Source of the DNA: Candidatus Pacearchaeota archaeon
Lineage (GTDB): Archaea; Nanobdellota; Nanobdellia; Pacearchaeales; GW2011-AR1
Direction of reading: 5' to 3'
Assembly (NCBI GenBank): GCA_041659445.1
Contig: JBAZYG010000001.1
Location: 381,624-445,623, forward strand
DNA length: 64,000 nucleotides
In this document: in pieces, positions 54,713 to 64,000 of the stretch
Layout of the letters: each line of letters starts with the position of its first letter
How positions within the stretch are numbered: position 1 is the first letter of the stretch
Notes under the pieces: generated by a model
Told to the model about the DNA's origin: nothing
The model's database searches: none
Seen by the model: only the letters and a program-made list of their open reading frames with translations
Translations under genes and position numbers: made by a program

Positions 54713-57244
54713 TTAATTGTTAATTGAATTCACTTTAGATATTTTTTGCTCAAATAATTTTTTCTCAGAAGATGAAACTTCTAATATATACATTCCATTT
54801 GCTAAATTAGACAAATCAAATTCAACATCTTTATTTCCAGGATAAATTTCTTCTTTAAAATAATCTACTAATCTCCCAGACATTTCATAAACTTCTGCAT
54901 AAATTTTTTCTGGTTTTGAAACTTCATAATTAAATTTTATTTTTCCTGAAGCAGATGGATTTGGATAAACTTTAAATTTGTCCTCGAGAGTTTTTGGTTT
55001 TTCAGGAACTCCAATTGAAATATCTTCAGTAATATATTGAGAAGTATCTGGTGCAGGAGTTCCACAAATATCATATGAAGACCAATGTCTTTCCCATAAC
55101 CTATAAACATTTGGAATTTCTTCAATTAATTCATCTGTATAATTAACTTCTGGAACAACATTTGAGATAGTATCGTCTGCAACTGCCCAACCTAAATCCT
55201 CTGGAGCCATACTTTCTCCTGTTTTTATTGTTGTGTCTGCTGGAACAAATGCCCAATAAGGAGGTTCTGTTTCAACGACGCTGACATGTTGATTTTGCTG
55301 AATTGAATTATAACAAATTGTATCATTTGCATTATGAGCCCAATCAAATTCATAATTATAATGTTGACAATCAGTTGAATCTGGATTTTGGGTTGAATTT
55401 ATTTTAGATGGATCTTCTTCGACAATTACTTCAATTCCAGTTGGATTAAATGCAGTAGGTAATCCACCTGTTTGTGAAGTAGTTATATTCGGAGAATAAT
55501 TTATTTGTGCATTTGCTGGAAAAGATGCCCATTGATGAATATCTAAATAAACGTCTCTAGAATAAGTTGTATCTGTAAAATTACCAGTTGGGTCTTGAGC
55601 ATGATCTGTAAATTGTTGAGTGAAATTATAATAATTGCATGAGTCAGGACTTAAACCTTGCGTTGAAGTTTCAGAAATTCTTGTTACAATTTCGTGTCCT
55701 GAATTATCGTCGGCATCTGCTAAAGGAACAGGTATTGCTTGGGTAAATGGAACTGGACCTGAAACATAAATATTAGTTATTTCTGGATTTTCTGTATCTC
55801 TTACTGAAATTAATTGTGCAGGCTTATTTGGGAAATGCACATTATCTATTGTTCCATAAGTTGTATCAATTAAAACATTTTCAAGAGATTTTCCAAACCA
55901 GTCTCGATAAATGTCAAAATTGTAATAAGTTGAATCCCAAACTGTTCCTGATTGATTTGAACTATCTGAATAAATTGTATATGACCAAGGAGCATTTCCT
56001 GTAACTTCTCCTGTATTTTCTGGAGCTGTTAAATTTGAATTTTGAGAATATTCAATGTCGATGTTTGAAGGCATTTGCCCTCCGACATGAACGTGATTGC
56101 ATTCTTCTGGTTTATTAACAATTAAATCAGGATGTTGCCAAATTAATGTTGCATTTCCATTTTGCAAATCAAATTTAGCAATTGTATTTAAAGTATACAC
56201 GTATTGGCCCAAATTTGAATTATAATAATAAGCATATTTTTTTATATGGGCATAACTATCAGGATGCATGCTTGGACTTCCTAGTGTAACTATTTGATCA
56301 TTTTGAGGTTCAACAAAAACCCAATCATTAAAATTTGTCGAACTATTTCCTTTTAAAAATGCATTAATTGAATGTAAAATATTTGGAGAAGTATACATTG
56401 TGCTAACAATATAAAATGGTTCATTAAATCTTGCATTTTGAGTTGTATCATAAATTGAAAAATCTATACCAGAATTTTCAATATTTTCAATTCCAGATTT
56501 ATTTATTTGAGTTTGCATAGAATATTGATTACAATCCCAATTTGGTCCTGGAGCATGAAGATTTGTTAAATCAATTGCTTGAGTTTTTTGGTCCCAAAAT
56601 TCTTTTTCAGAAGATGTTAAAAAATTCCAATGACTAGGCAAATAAGGAATTTCATCTGTTAAGTAATTGTAAATTAATTGAGAATCTAATGTATTTGTAA
56701 CTTGATCTCCATTTATATCTGTTCTATCGTTGGAAGTTCCAGAGATTATTAAATTATAATCTTGCCAATTTAAAACATTATCGTCATTTGCATCACCAGA
56801 ACCATAATAACTTAAATCAAAATTTCCAGCATTTAATAAATTTGGTTGAATAAATGGATTCAAATATTGATCCCCATAAAAAGAATTTACATTGTCTGTT
56901 GAATTTGAATTTTCATATTCTTTGTTGATGATTTCAGAAGCTCTTTCAGAATAATAAACTCCTTCACTAGGAGAATAAGCTAAATTTTTATCAATTGCTT
57001 CAGATAGAGTTATATAATCAATAATTTTTTTTTCAAGATTTAAATTTACCTCTTTTAAATTATCAAAATTAATTTCAGGAACATTAACTGAATTAATTAC
57101 TGGAACTTTAAATTCTTCTGAAACTAAGGATTTTTCTTTATAAGGAATATTTTCATTTTGAGAATATGTAAAACTAGGAAGTACAGAAATTCCTGTTGCA
57201 ACTAATCCAATACCAATATTTTTTAATTTATTTGCTTTTTTCAT
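54713..57244 (-). CDS. large secreted protein with dockerin-like calcium-binding repeats and a C-terminal T9SS-type (Por_Secre_tail-like) sorting domain
   Basis: Signal peptide MKKANKLKNIGIGLVATGISVLPSFTYSQ; GDANDDNVLNWQDYNLII and DINGDQVTNTLDSQLIYNYL (dockerin-type D-x-N-x-D pairs); C-terminal about 85 aa KVYPNPSASGKIKFNYEVSKPEKIYAEVYEMSGRLVDYFKEEIYPGNKDVEFDLSNLANGMYILEVSSSEKKLFEQKISKV matches the T9SS CTD pattern. Confidence 0.55.
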   Translation of the reverse strand: MKKANKLKNIGIGLVATGISVLPSFTYSQNENIPYKEKSLVSEEFKVPVINSVNVPEINFDNLKEVNLNLEKKIIDYITLSEAIDKNLAYSPSEGVYYSERASEIINKEYENSNSTDNVNSFYGDQYLNPFIQPNLLNAGNFDLSYYGSGDANDDNVLNWQDYNLIISGTSNDRTDINGDQVTNTLDSQLIYNYLTDEIPYLPSHWNFLTSSEKEFWDQKTQAIDLTNLHAPGPNWDCNQYSMQTQINKSGIENIENSGIDFSIYDTTQNARFNEPFYIVSTMYTSPNILHSINAFLKGNSSTNFNDWVFVEPQNDQIVTLGSPSMHPDSYAHIKKYAYYYNSNLGQYVYTLNTIAKFDLQNGNATLIWQHPDLIVNKPEECNHVHVGGQMPSNIDIEYSQNSNLTAPENTGEVTGNAPWSYTIYSDSSNQSGTVWDSTYYNFDIYRDWFGKSLENVLIDTTYGTIDNVHFPNKPAQLISVRDTENPEITNIYVSGPVPFTQAIPVPLADADDNSGHEIVTRISETSTQGLSPDSCNYYNFTQQFTDHAQDPTGNFTDTTYSRDVYLDIHQWASFPANAQINYSPNITTSQTGGLPTAFNPTGIEVIVEEDPSKINSTQNPDSTDCQHYNYEFDWAHNANDTICYNSIQQNQHVSVVETEPPYWAFVPADTTIKTGESMAPEDLGWAVADDTISNVVPEVNYTDELIEEIPNVYRLWERHWSSYDICGTPAPDTSQYITEDISIGVPEKPKTLEDKFKVYPNPSASGKIKFNYEVSKPEKIYAEVYEMSGRLVDYFKEEIYPGNKDVEFDLSNLANGMYILEVSSSEKKLFEQKISKVNSINN

Positions 57245-57390
57245 TAATTATTCTTAGATTCCTTGATTTATAAACTTTATTATTTGTCACCATTTAGGGA
57301 TGACTAAATTAAGAAATTTCTAAAAAATATAAGAAAATTAACTCTTTAAAAACAAAAGTTTATAAAAACGATTTAATTAATTATTTTGAC

Positions 57391-59808
57391 ATGATGAAAA
57401 CAAAAAGAGGATGGATATTTGGAATAGGTTTAAGTTTAATTATTATCTCAGCAATAATTATTTCTGCATTTTATCTTGATAATGCAACAGGTTATTGGGC
57501 AAGAGGACAAACAAATATTACTGGAACAACTTTAGTATTAGACGAAACAGAATTAGGAGGATTTCCAGGAATTTTATGGAATGTCAGTAATTGTGGTGAA
57601 GATTATTGCTCTAACGGAGAACCAATAGCAGGAGGAATTCCAGATAGTTATATTAATATGATTGTTAACGGAATTTCAGGACACTCTACTGGAGATAAAA
57701 TTTATTTTGAAGTTTATGAAAAAGATACTCAAGAAGGAGGAGTGGATGATTCAATTCGAGTTGGTGCTTATAAAATAGAAGGAACATATAATGCAAATGC
57801 TCAAGGAATAGGAACATTTGTAATTTCATTAGGAGATATTTTATCTGCTAGTCAAGATGGAGCAGAAACAGATGGAATTTATGAATTTTATTTTAAAGTA
57901 ATCGTCACTGAAAGTAGGGGTGGAGAATCTAAAACTTTTTCAAATGTAATATTATATGTTCAAATAAGTGGTTGGGATGGAAATTTGAATAATGTTGTTG
58001 GTTCTTGGGTTGATAAAAATAAAATATTAGAAATAAATCAAATAACAGTAAATGCTTTGGATCTTTTAGGATCAAATCAAAATTCAGAAGGACTTGGTGG
58101 AAATTCTAATGCATTAGTTCATGCAAAAGTTTCAGGAATTGGTGCGAATACAGGAACACCAACTGTTTTTGAAATTATTGATCAGCACACAAATGTTCCA
58201 ATAAGAACAGGTGCATCTTCTATTTATTCAAATGTTACTTCAAATGTTTCTTATGGTCCGTGGTATATTAATTTAAATGATATTTCTTTGTCAAGACCAA
58301 ATCAAAATGGCGAATATGAATATTATTTTAGAATGCACATTGGACAAACAGGTGTTAGTTTTGCAAATATTTTAAAAGTTATAATTAATTGGACAGATTT
58401 AAATTCTTCAATAATTCCAACTTGGTTAGATTATACAACATTGGAAACAATTGATAATAAAATAATTAATTCTGCAGATTTGGGAAAAACTCCTCAATCA
58501 AGTGTTTATATTAAAGCAGAAGGATTTCCAGAAGAAGCAATAGGTAAAAAAATTTATTTTGAAATTTATGAAAAAGATGACAACGGAATTGATGATCCAA
58601 TAAGAGTAGGAAAAGAAAATTTATCTGGAACTATTGGTGCAGATAGCCTTCCAATTATAAAAATTCCTTGGACAATAACACAAGCAGACATCTTAAAAAG
58701 TGAAGAAGAAGCAAGTTATGATTATTATTTAGTAATGGGTGTTGAAGAATTATCATTTACAAAATCATTCAGAGATTCATCAATATTAAGAGTTACTATT
58801 AACGGAGACATTCAACCAAATCTTAATTTTGCAAATGCGCAAGCAAGTTGGAGAAATGGGGATTTAATTGAACCAATCACAGAATATTTTTGGTCAGAGG
58901 GAATACCAAATATTGTTTCATCATATATTGAAAATATAACTGGAACTGCTGGAACACCAATTTGGATTGAAATTTGGGAACATGATGTTTCAGGAGATAA
59001 TGATAAAATCAGAAGTGTTGAAAATGGAACTGCATTATTAGGTTATTTAACTGCTGATGGAAAAGTTTATGCTCTTTGGACAATTACAGAAGAAGATTTA
59101 ATAGTAGCAGGATATCCTAATGAAACATCTATTACTTTTTATCCAAAAATAATTTCAGGAACATTAGAAAAAGATTTTAGTGAAAATTTATTAACAATAC
59201 TTTTTGAATCCTACTCTTGCATAAACATAAATTATTGTTCAGATTATTTAAATGAAAATTATTGTGTTCAAGATTATTGTCAAAAAGCAGAAAACGACGG
59301 AATTGCACACGAAGTAAATTGTAATTTAGAAGGAACAAACTGCGGATGTTCTTGGGATAATTTATCAGAAACTTGTGAATTTATTTACAGCAATGTTGGA
59401 CCAAATGGTGAAGTTGGAAGTTGTAATTACGACGATAATGCACAAGGAGACACATGCGACGATGGATTTTTAAGTTATATTTGGAATGCAACTTGGAATT
59501 GGGCAAATGGAAATTCTTACAATACTGAAGAAGAATGTGAAGCAGTTTATGGTAATAATACTTGTATTTATAGCACAACTGATTTTTTCTGGCATTATGA
59601 TCCTGAATCAGCTTATTCAAATTGTATTCAAGGTGAAAACACAATTATTTGTCCTTCAAAAGTTCAATTATCTTTTTTAGATTGGAGAAATATTATTTCG
59701 ATTATTGCAGGATTGATTTTAATTTACTTAATAATTTATTTAATAAGAAAAAGAAATTTATCTAAAAAGAAAAATAAAATTTCAAAAAAAACTTCTAAGA
59801 AAAAATAA
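57391..59808 (+). CDS. large secreted cell-surface protein with a C-terminal TM anchor and basic tail (805 aa)
   Basis: N-terminal TM/signal GWIFGIGLSLIIISAIIISAFY; internal repeats built around KIYFE[VI]YEKD...DD.IRVG; Cys-rich segment near the C-terminus; IISIIAGLILIYLIIYLI plus RKRNLSKKKNK. Confidence 0.5.
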   Translation: MMKTKRGWIFGIGLSLIIISAIIISAFYLDNATGYWARGQTNITGTTLVLDETELGGFPGILWNVSNCGEDYCSNGEPIAGGIPDSYINMIVNGISGHSTGDKIYFEVYEKDTQEGGVDDSIRVGAYKIEGTYNANAQGIGTFVISLGDILSASQDGAETDGIYEFYFKVIVTESRGGESKTFSNVILYVQISGWDGNLNNVVGSWVDKNKILEINQITVNALDLLGSNQNSEGLGGNSNALVHAKVSGIGANTGTPTVFEIIDQHTNVPIRTGASSIYSNVTSNVSYGPWYINLNDISLSRPNQNGEYEYYFRMHIGQTGVSFANILKVIINWTDLNSSIIPTWLDYTTLETIDNKIINSADLGKTPQSSVYIKAEGFPEEAIGKKIYFEIYEKDDNGIDDPIRVGKENLSGTIGADSLPIIKIPWTITQADILKSEEEASYDYYLVMGVEELSFTKSFRDSSILRVTINGDIQPNLNFANAQASWRNGDLIEPITEYFWSEGIPNIVSSYIENITGTAGTPIWIEIWEHDVSGDNDKIRSVENGTALLGYLTADGKVYALWTITEEDLIVAGYPNETSITFYPKIISGTLEKDFSENLLTILFESYSCININYCSDYLNENYCVQDYCQKAENDGIAHEVNCNLEGTNCGCSWDNLSETCEFIYSNVGPNGEVGSCNYDDNAQGDTCDDGFLSYIWNATWNWANGNSYNTEEECEAVYGNNTCIYSTTDFFWHYDPESAYSNCIQGENTIICPSKVQLSFLDWRNIISIIAGLILIYLIIYLIRKRNLSKKKNKISKKTSKKK

Positions 59809-59887
59809 AGCTATAAATTTATTTTTTATTTAATATAGTTATTCTTAATAATATTTATAAATGAGGTTTTCTTAATAAATTAATAAA

Positions 59888-62800
59888 ATGAGGAAGAAAT
59901 TTTTAATTGGATTTGTATTTGGATTACTTTTAATTGGATTAGTTTCTGCTAGTTTTAATTTAGGAGATGAAGATTATTATGTTCAAAAAGAATATCCTGC
60001 TGGTTCTTATTTAATTTCTTGGTTAAATATTAGTTTTAATAATCATCCATTAAATTCAAATTTTACAGATTCTGTTTCTCCGATGAATAAAATTCCTTTA
60101 ATTGAAGTTTTTGAAATGTATGGAAATTCAAATTATAATTATTCATGCACTACAGGAAATTGTGGAAATAATTATGGAATTACAAGTCCTTCAGAAATTA
60201 AAACATCTACTCTAAAAAAAAGCCAATACAAACTTTATGCTTTTAATATAACTGATTCAAATATCCAAGAAATTAATTCATTATCTTTAGAGGTAAATAG
60301 CAACGCAGATTCATCTTGCACAAGTCAATTTAAAATTGATATTGGAAATGATGGAAGTTATGAAATTGCAAATACTCTTGTTGACGACGATGTTTGCTCT
60401 GGAATTTATCGACCAACTTGTTATTATAATTTTGGAAATTGGAATTCTGCTACAACAACTTTAACAAATACAACTAAAGGAACTCCAGGAAATGTATTTA
60501 GTTTTGTATTAGGATTGTTTAAGCACACTGGAAAATCAATTACAGGGGATGCAATTTATGGAGGATTACAAAATGTTAGTCAAATTCAAATAACAACAAC
60601 ACCTTTATGTTCTGAAGTAAATCTTCCAGAAGCTCCAGGTTATAAAATTGGTGCATGGATTAATCACACTAATACTGCAAGTTCTACAATAAAAATGGGA
60701 ATTTATTCTCTAGAAGGAAATAAAGAAAGCGAATGCACATTAAATTTAAGTTCAATTCAAAATGCTGGAAATGGAGAAATTTATTGTAATGCTCCTGGAT
60801 TTTCTTTAATTGAAAATTCAAAATATTATATTTGCATTTGGCAAACTTCTGATCAAACTGCAGGAAAATATAACGTGAAAGGAAAAGAATCTTTGACAAA
60901 TGGTTGTGGATTTAAAGGAGAACCTGAAACATTACCAACAAGAGACGCTGTTTATGATTTATCTGTTAAAAAATTAAAATATGGAAAATTAAGTGGACAA
61001 ACTCTTCCAATTTCAAATGATTTACCTAATTCTGAAAAAAATTTAAGTGATGTAATTGAAAAATATATTCTAGATAATTATGGAGAATTAAGTGATTGCT
61101 CTTCGGGTTGTATTGTTCCATTTAAATTAATTTCTTATGTTGACAAAGGAGTTTCTGTAAGTTCAAGTGGAGGAACAAGCGGAAGTACAACTACTGGAAC
61201 TGGAACTGGAAATGTTATTGCTGGGATGGTTACAATGGAAGTAACTGTTTGTTATGAAGATGATGGTGGAGATAAACCTTATGAACCCGGAACTGTAACT
61301 TGTGTAATAGGTACTGAACCTTATCAATTTACAGAATATCATGATGATGTTTGTAATAATAATGTTTTAACAGAATATTACTTAACAGGTACAGACACAT
61401 ATTATTATAAGACATATACTTGCGCAGGAGGATGTTCCGAATATCCTGGAAAATGTAAATCTTATTGTACAGATAGTGACGGATTAAATAATAAATTCGA
61501 AAAAGGAACTGTAACTGTTGTTAATGGAAGTGGAACAACTAGTAAAACAGACTATTGCATGACTACTCCTGGTTGGGTTTGGGAATATCAATGCTTAGGA
61601 AATAATTCAATAACTGGAAATTATTTAACTTGCCCAACAGGATATAATTGTTCTGATGGTGCTTGTGTAAGTGAAAGTAATGAAAACAGTTGTTCTGATA
61701 GTGATGAAGGACAAAACTTTTATGTGAAGGGAAATGTAATAGGATTCTATAATGGAGTATCTTATAACTATTCAGATTATTGTTCATCTGGAAAAATTGA
61801 AGAATATTATTGTAGAACAATAGCAGGACAAGAAACATATGATTGGAATTTGACAAATTGCCCAACAGGATACACTTGTTCAAGTGGTAGATGCATTTCT
61901 ACAGGAACAACTTATGGAGTCCCAGAAATAACTAGTGCAAATGCTGTAAACGTTCAATCAACAAGTGCAATTTTAAATGCACAAACAAATATTGTTGCTA
62001 CATGTAAGTATTCTAAAGTTTATCCAATATTACCTTATTCAAATATGGAAGGAACATTTTCAACTACTAATTCCAAATCACATACAACAACTCTTTTAGG
62101 ATTAACTTCAAATACAGATTACAAATATTATATAAAATGTATAAATGATTCAACTTCAAGTAATGCAAAAGAAGTTACATTCAAAACAACATCCTCGGGA
62201 GGTTCATCTTCATCTTGCTATGATGCTGACGCAAATTTAGGAGTGCAATCTGTTTATACTGCAAGTTATGCAATTTATAATACAAAACAATACGATGATG
62301 TTTGCCAAGGTGGAAAATTAATTGAACAATATTGTACAAATGATATTCTTAAAAATGCTAGTTTATCTTGTCCATATGGATGTTCAAATGGTGCTTGTAT
62401 TAAAAAAACAGCGAATACAACAATCCCAGACCACACAATAACATTAAAAAATGTTCAATTAAAATATAATGTTTTAAGTGGTGAAAATGTTGTATTAAAA
62501 ACAGAAAAAAGAATTTATAATTTTGAATATTTAAATTACTTGATTAATTCAAATTATCAAAAATTGACTTTAGATGGATTGTTTAAATTACCAAATACTC
62601 CGCAAGTATTTAATTATAATTTGAAATTAAATGGAACAACAGTTTATACAGAACAATTAAAAATTTCAAATATATCAATGACTGTTACACCTTCAATTGT
62701 TGAAAAAGGAACTTCAACAACATTTATAACAACTATTTCTCCTGAACAAGAAGTTAAATATTTAATTTGGAATTTTGGAGATGGAAGCAACATAACAAAT

Positions 62801-64000
62801 CAAACAATAGACGATTCAATAGGAACATCTTCTTTAGATAAAACTTACTCTCAAAATGGAAATTATGTTTTAACTTTAACAGCAAGAATTGGTTCAAAAG
62901 ATTATACTGGTGCATATCCTATTAGCGTTGTTGATGAAATTCCTTTTGGAGAAGGAGATGCAACTTGCTCTGAACTTACTGATTCACTTAATGCAGGATT
63001 AAATGATTTAAGAGATAAAATTTCTGAATTTAACCAAGAGTTTGATAGAGAAAGTTTAACTAATGTATTAAAAATAGACGGAATTGAAAATATCATCGAC
63101 GAGTTTTCAATAGAATGCTTAGAATTAGAACAAAATGGGGCAACATCTGACGAAATTTTTGAATTATTAATTACTTATTGGGATGAAAATGAAGATTTAT
63201 TCCATAACTTGGAAATCAATGAAATAATTCAAACAATAAGCGAACCAGAAACATTTAATGTAAAAAGAACACATATTGATTTGGATAAATTATCTGCAAT
63301 TACTGGAGAAGAATTTGACGAAGAATTTGTTTCTTTATATGAAGATGCAATTATCTCTTGGAACCAAGAAGATTTAATTTCAAATGTAATTACAAGAACT
63401 TATGAATTTGAGTTTGACGACGGAACAACAGAATACGGGCTAAATACATTTGAATTTGATTTTGATAAAAAAACTTCAGTTAAGAATTATTATATAAGTA
63501 ACCAAATTACAGATTTAGCTTTCAAAGAAATAAGCTTTTTTGATGATAATTTAAATTACACATATTCAGAAATATCTTCAAATCAGAATAGTTTAACATT
63601 ATCTACAACAGATGATATTGAAAGTTATAACTTACCTGCATTTATTTCTCCATCAATAAACAAACTTTATGTCTTAAGCGGAGGAGACGACGTTAATAAT
63701 GATGAAGAAAATAATATAATTCCAAGTATTAAAGACAATAAACAATTATTTATAATACTTCTAATTGTAGGAATATTAGTTGTTCTAGGAATAATTGCTT
63801 TAGTAATCTTTTTAAAAAAGAAAAAAGGAAAAGAAATAAGGTTGTTTAAGAATAAAACAAATTTGTATAATATCATGCAATATATTAACAATTCAAAAAG
63901 AAAAGGCATGACAAACGAGCAAATTTCAGAAAGTTTAACAAGAGCTGGCTGGAGTAGTGAACAAACAAAATATGCTCTTAAAAAATTTTCACAAAAAAGT
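59888..64000 (+). CDS. very large secreted cell-surface protein, 3' end beyond the window (>1371 aa)
   Basis: Starts MRKKFLIGFVFGLLLIGLVSASFNL (signal peptide); frame checked by hand at both ends; many Cys pairs and N-glycosylation-like N-x-S/T sites; TM helix LFIILLIVGILVVLGIIALVIFL plus KKKKGK near the window end; absent from the ORF track because it runs off the end. Confidence 0.5.
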   Translation, partial: MRKKFLIGFVFGLLLIGLVSASFNLGDEDYYVQKEYPAGSYLISWLNISFNNHPLNSNFTDSVSPMNKIPLIEVFEMYGNSNYNYSCTTGNCGNNYGITSPSEIKTSTLKKSQYKLYAFNITDSNIQEINSLSLEVNSNADSSCTSQFKIDIGNDGSYEIANTLVDDDVCSGIYRPTCYYNFGNWNSATTTLTNTTKGTPGNVFSFVLGLFKHTGKSITGDAIYGGLQNVSQIQITTTPLCSEVNLPEAPGYKIGAWINHTNTASSTIKMGIYSLEGNKESECTLNLSSIQNAGNGEIYCNAPGFSLIENSKYYICIWQTSDQTAGKYNVKGKESLTNGCGFKGEPETLPTRDAVYDLSVKKLKYGKLSGQTLPISNDLPNSEKNLSDVIEKYILDNYGELSDCSSGCIVPFKLISYVDKGVSVSSSGGTSGSTTTGTGTGNVIAGMVTMEVTVCYEDDGGDKPYEPGTVTCVIGTEPYQFTEYHDDVCNNNVLTEYYLTGTDTYYYKTYTCAGGCSEYPGKCKSYCTDSDGLNNKFEKGTVTVVNGSGTTSKTDYCMTTPGWVWEYQCLGNNSITGNYLTCPTGYNCSDGACVSESNENSCSDSDEGQNFYVKGNVIGFYNGVSYNYSDYCSSGKIEEYYCRTIAGQETYDWNLTNCPTGYTCSSGRCISTGTTYGVPEITSANAVNVQSTSAILNAQTNIVATCKYSKVYPILPYSNMEGTFSTTNSKSHTTTLLGLTSNTDYKYYIKCINDSTSSNAKEVTFKTTSSGGSSSSCYDADANLGVQSVYTASYAIYNTKQYDDVCQGGKLIEQYCTNDILKNASLSCPYGCSNGACIKKTANTTIPDHTITLKNVQLKYNVLSGENVVLKTEKRIYNFEYLNYLINSNYQKLTLDGLFKLPNTPQVFNYNLKLNGTTVYTEQLKISNISMTVTPSIVEKGTSTTFITTISPEQEVKYLIWNFGDGSNITNQTIDDSIGTSSLDKTYSQNGNYVLTLTARIGSKDYTGAYPISVVDEIPFGEGDATCSELTDSLNAGLNDLRDKISEFNQEFDRESLTNVLKIDGIENIIDEFSIECLELEQNGATSDEIFELLITYWDENEDLFHNLEINEIIQTISEPETFNVKRTHIDLDKLSAITGEEFDEEFVSLYEDAIISWNQEDLISNVITRTYEFEFDDGTTEYGLNTFEFDFDKKTSVKNYYISNQITDLAFKEISFFDDNLNYTYSEISSNQNSLTLSTTDDIESYNLPAFISPSINKLYVLSGGDDVNNDEENNIIPSIKDNKQLFIILLIVGILVVLGIIALVIFLKKKKGKEIRLFKNKTNLYNIMQYINNSKRKGMTNEQISESLTRAGWSSEQTKYALKKFSQKS

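Noticed and set aside
60684-63909. Minus-strand ORFs 60684..60899, 61563..61883, 62902..63096, 63667..63909
   Set aside because: Antisense within the long plus-strand surface-protein ORF that runs off the window
1-64000. Hypothesis that the contig is bacterial (CPR) because of T9SS CTD, dockerin, SLT and Hep_Hag domains
   Set aside because: Core genes are archaeal (archaeal DnaG primase, diphthine synthase, DtdA, TrmB, archaeal prepilin-type signal peptides, initiator tRNA with A1:U72); the bacterial-type domains are confined to secreted accessory proteins

Overview
This 64 kb window is strongly AT-rich, with coding density near 90% and short intergenic spacers. I read it as a chromosomal segment of a small-genome archaeon, most plausibly a DPANN-type lineage. 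The archaeal markers are: archaeal-type DnaG primase, diphthine synthase, archaeal D-aminoacyl-tRNA deacylase DtdA, a TrmB-family regulator, an archease plus RtcB pair, many archaeal class III (prepilin-like) signal peptides, and an initiator-like tRNA-Met with A1:U72. I annotate housekeeping genes (dnaG, corA, nfo-like, SMC-family ATPase, rnhB, dtdA, mscL, dph5, ileS, argS, trxB, rtcB, archease, a MazG-like protein, a SAM methyltransferase, TauE/SafE), four tRNAs (Ser-GGA, Met-CAT, Ser-GCT, Leu-TAA) and a GC-enriched candidate SRP (7S) RNA. I also annotate an ~8 kb archaeal type IV pilus-like locus (four pilin-like genes, a FlaI/PilB-type ATPase, split FlaJ/TadC-like membrane proteins), a separate vWA-domain pilin-like gene between two tRNAs, and several very large secreted surface proteins. 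The accessory or unusual content is as follows. (1) A divergent pair: a small AbrB/MazE-like protein with a palindromic operator, and a DUF262(DGQQR)-HNH nuclease (GmrSD-like candidate defence enzyme). (2) A phage-like HNH plus RusA-resolvase module. (3) A NUMOD3 plus Vsr/DUF559 homing-endonuclease-like gene beside the SRP RNA. (4) A tRNA-Leu whose 3' 27 nt are duplicated 47 bp downstream and followed by a 33-nt tandem repeat, which may be an att-site scar. (5) Tandemly triplicated small genes with stop/start overlaps. (6) Bacterial-flavoured secreted proteins: a T9SS-type C-terminal sorting domain plus dockerin-like repeats, a Hep_Hag/YadA-like adhesin and an SLT lytic transglycosylase domain. 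(7) An SMC-family ATPase that carries a CxxC zinc-hook-like motif where a hinge would be. I found no CRISPR array and no rRNA. All calls rest on motif recognition by eye, and I have flagged those that need HMM or structure-based confirmation.
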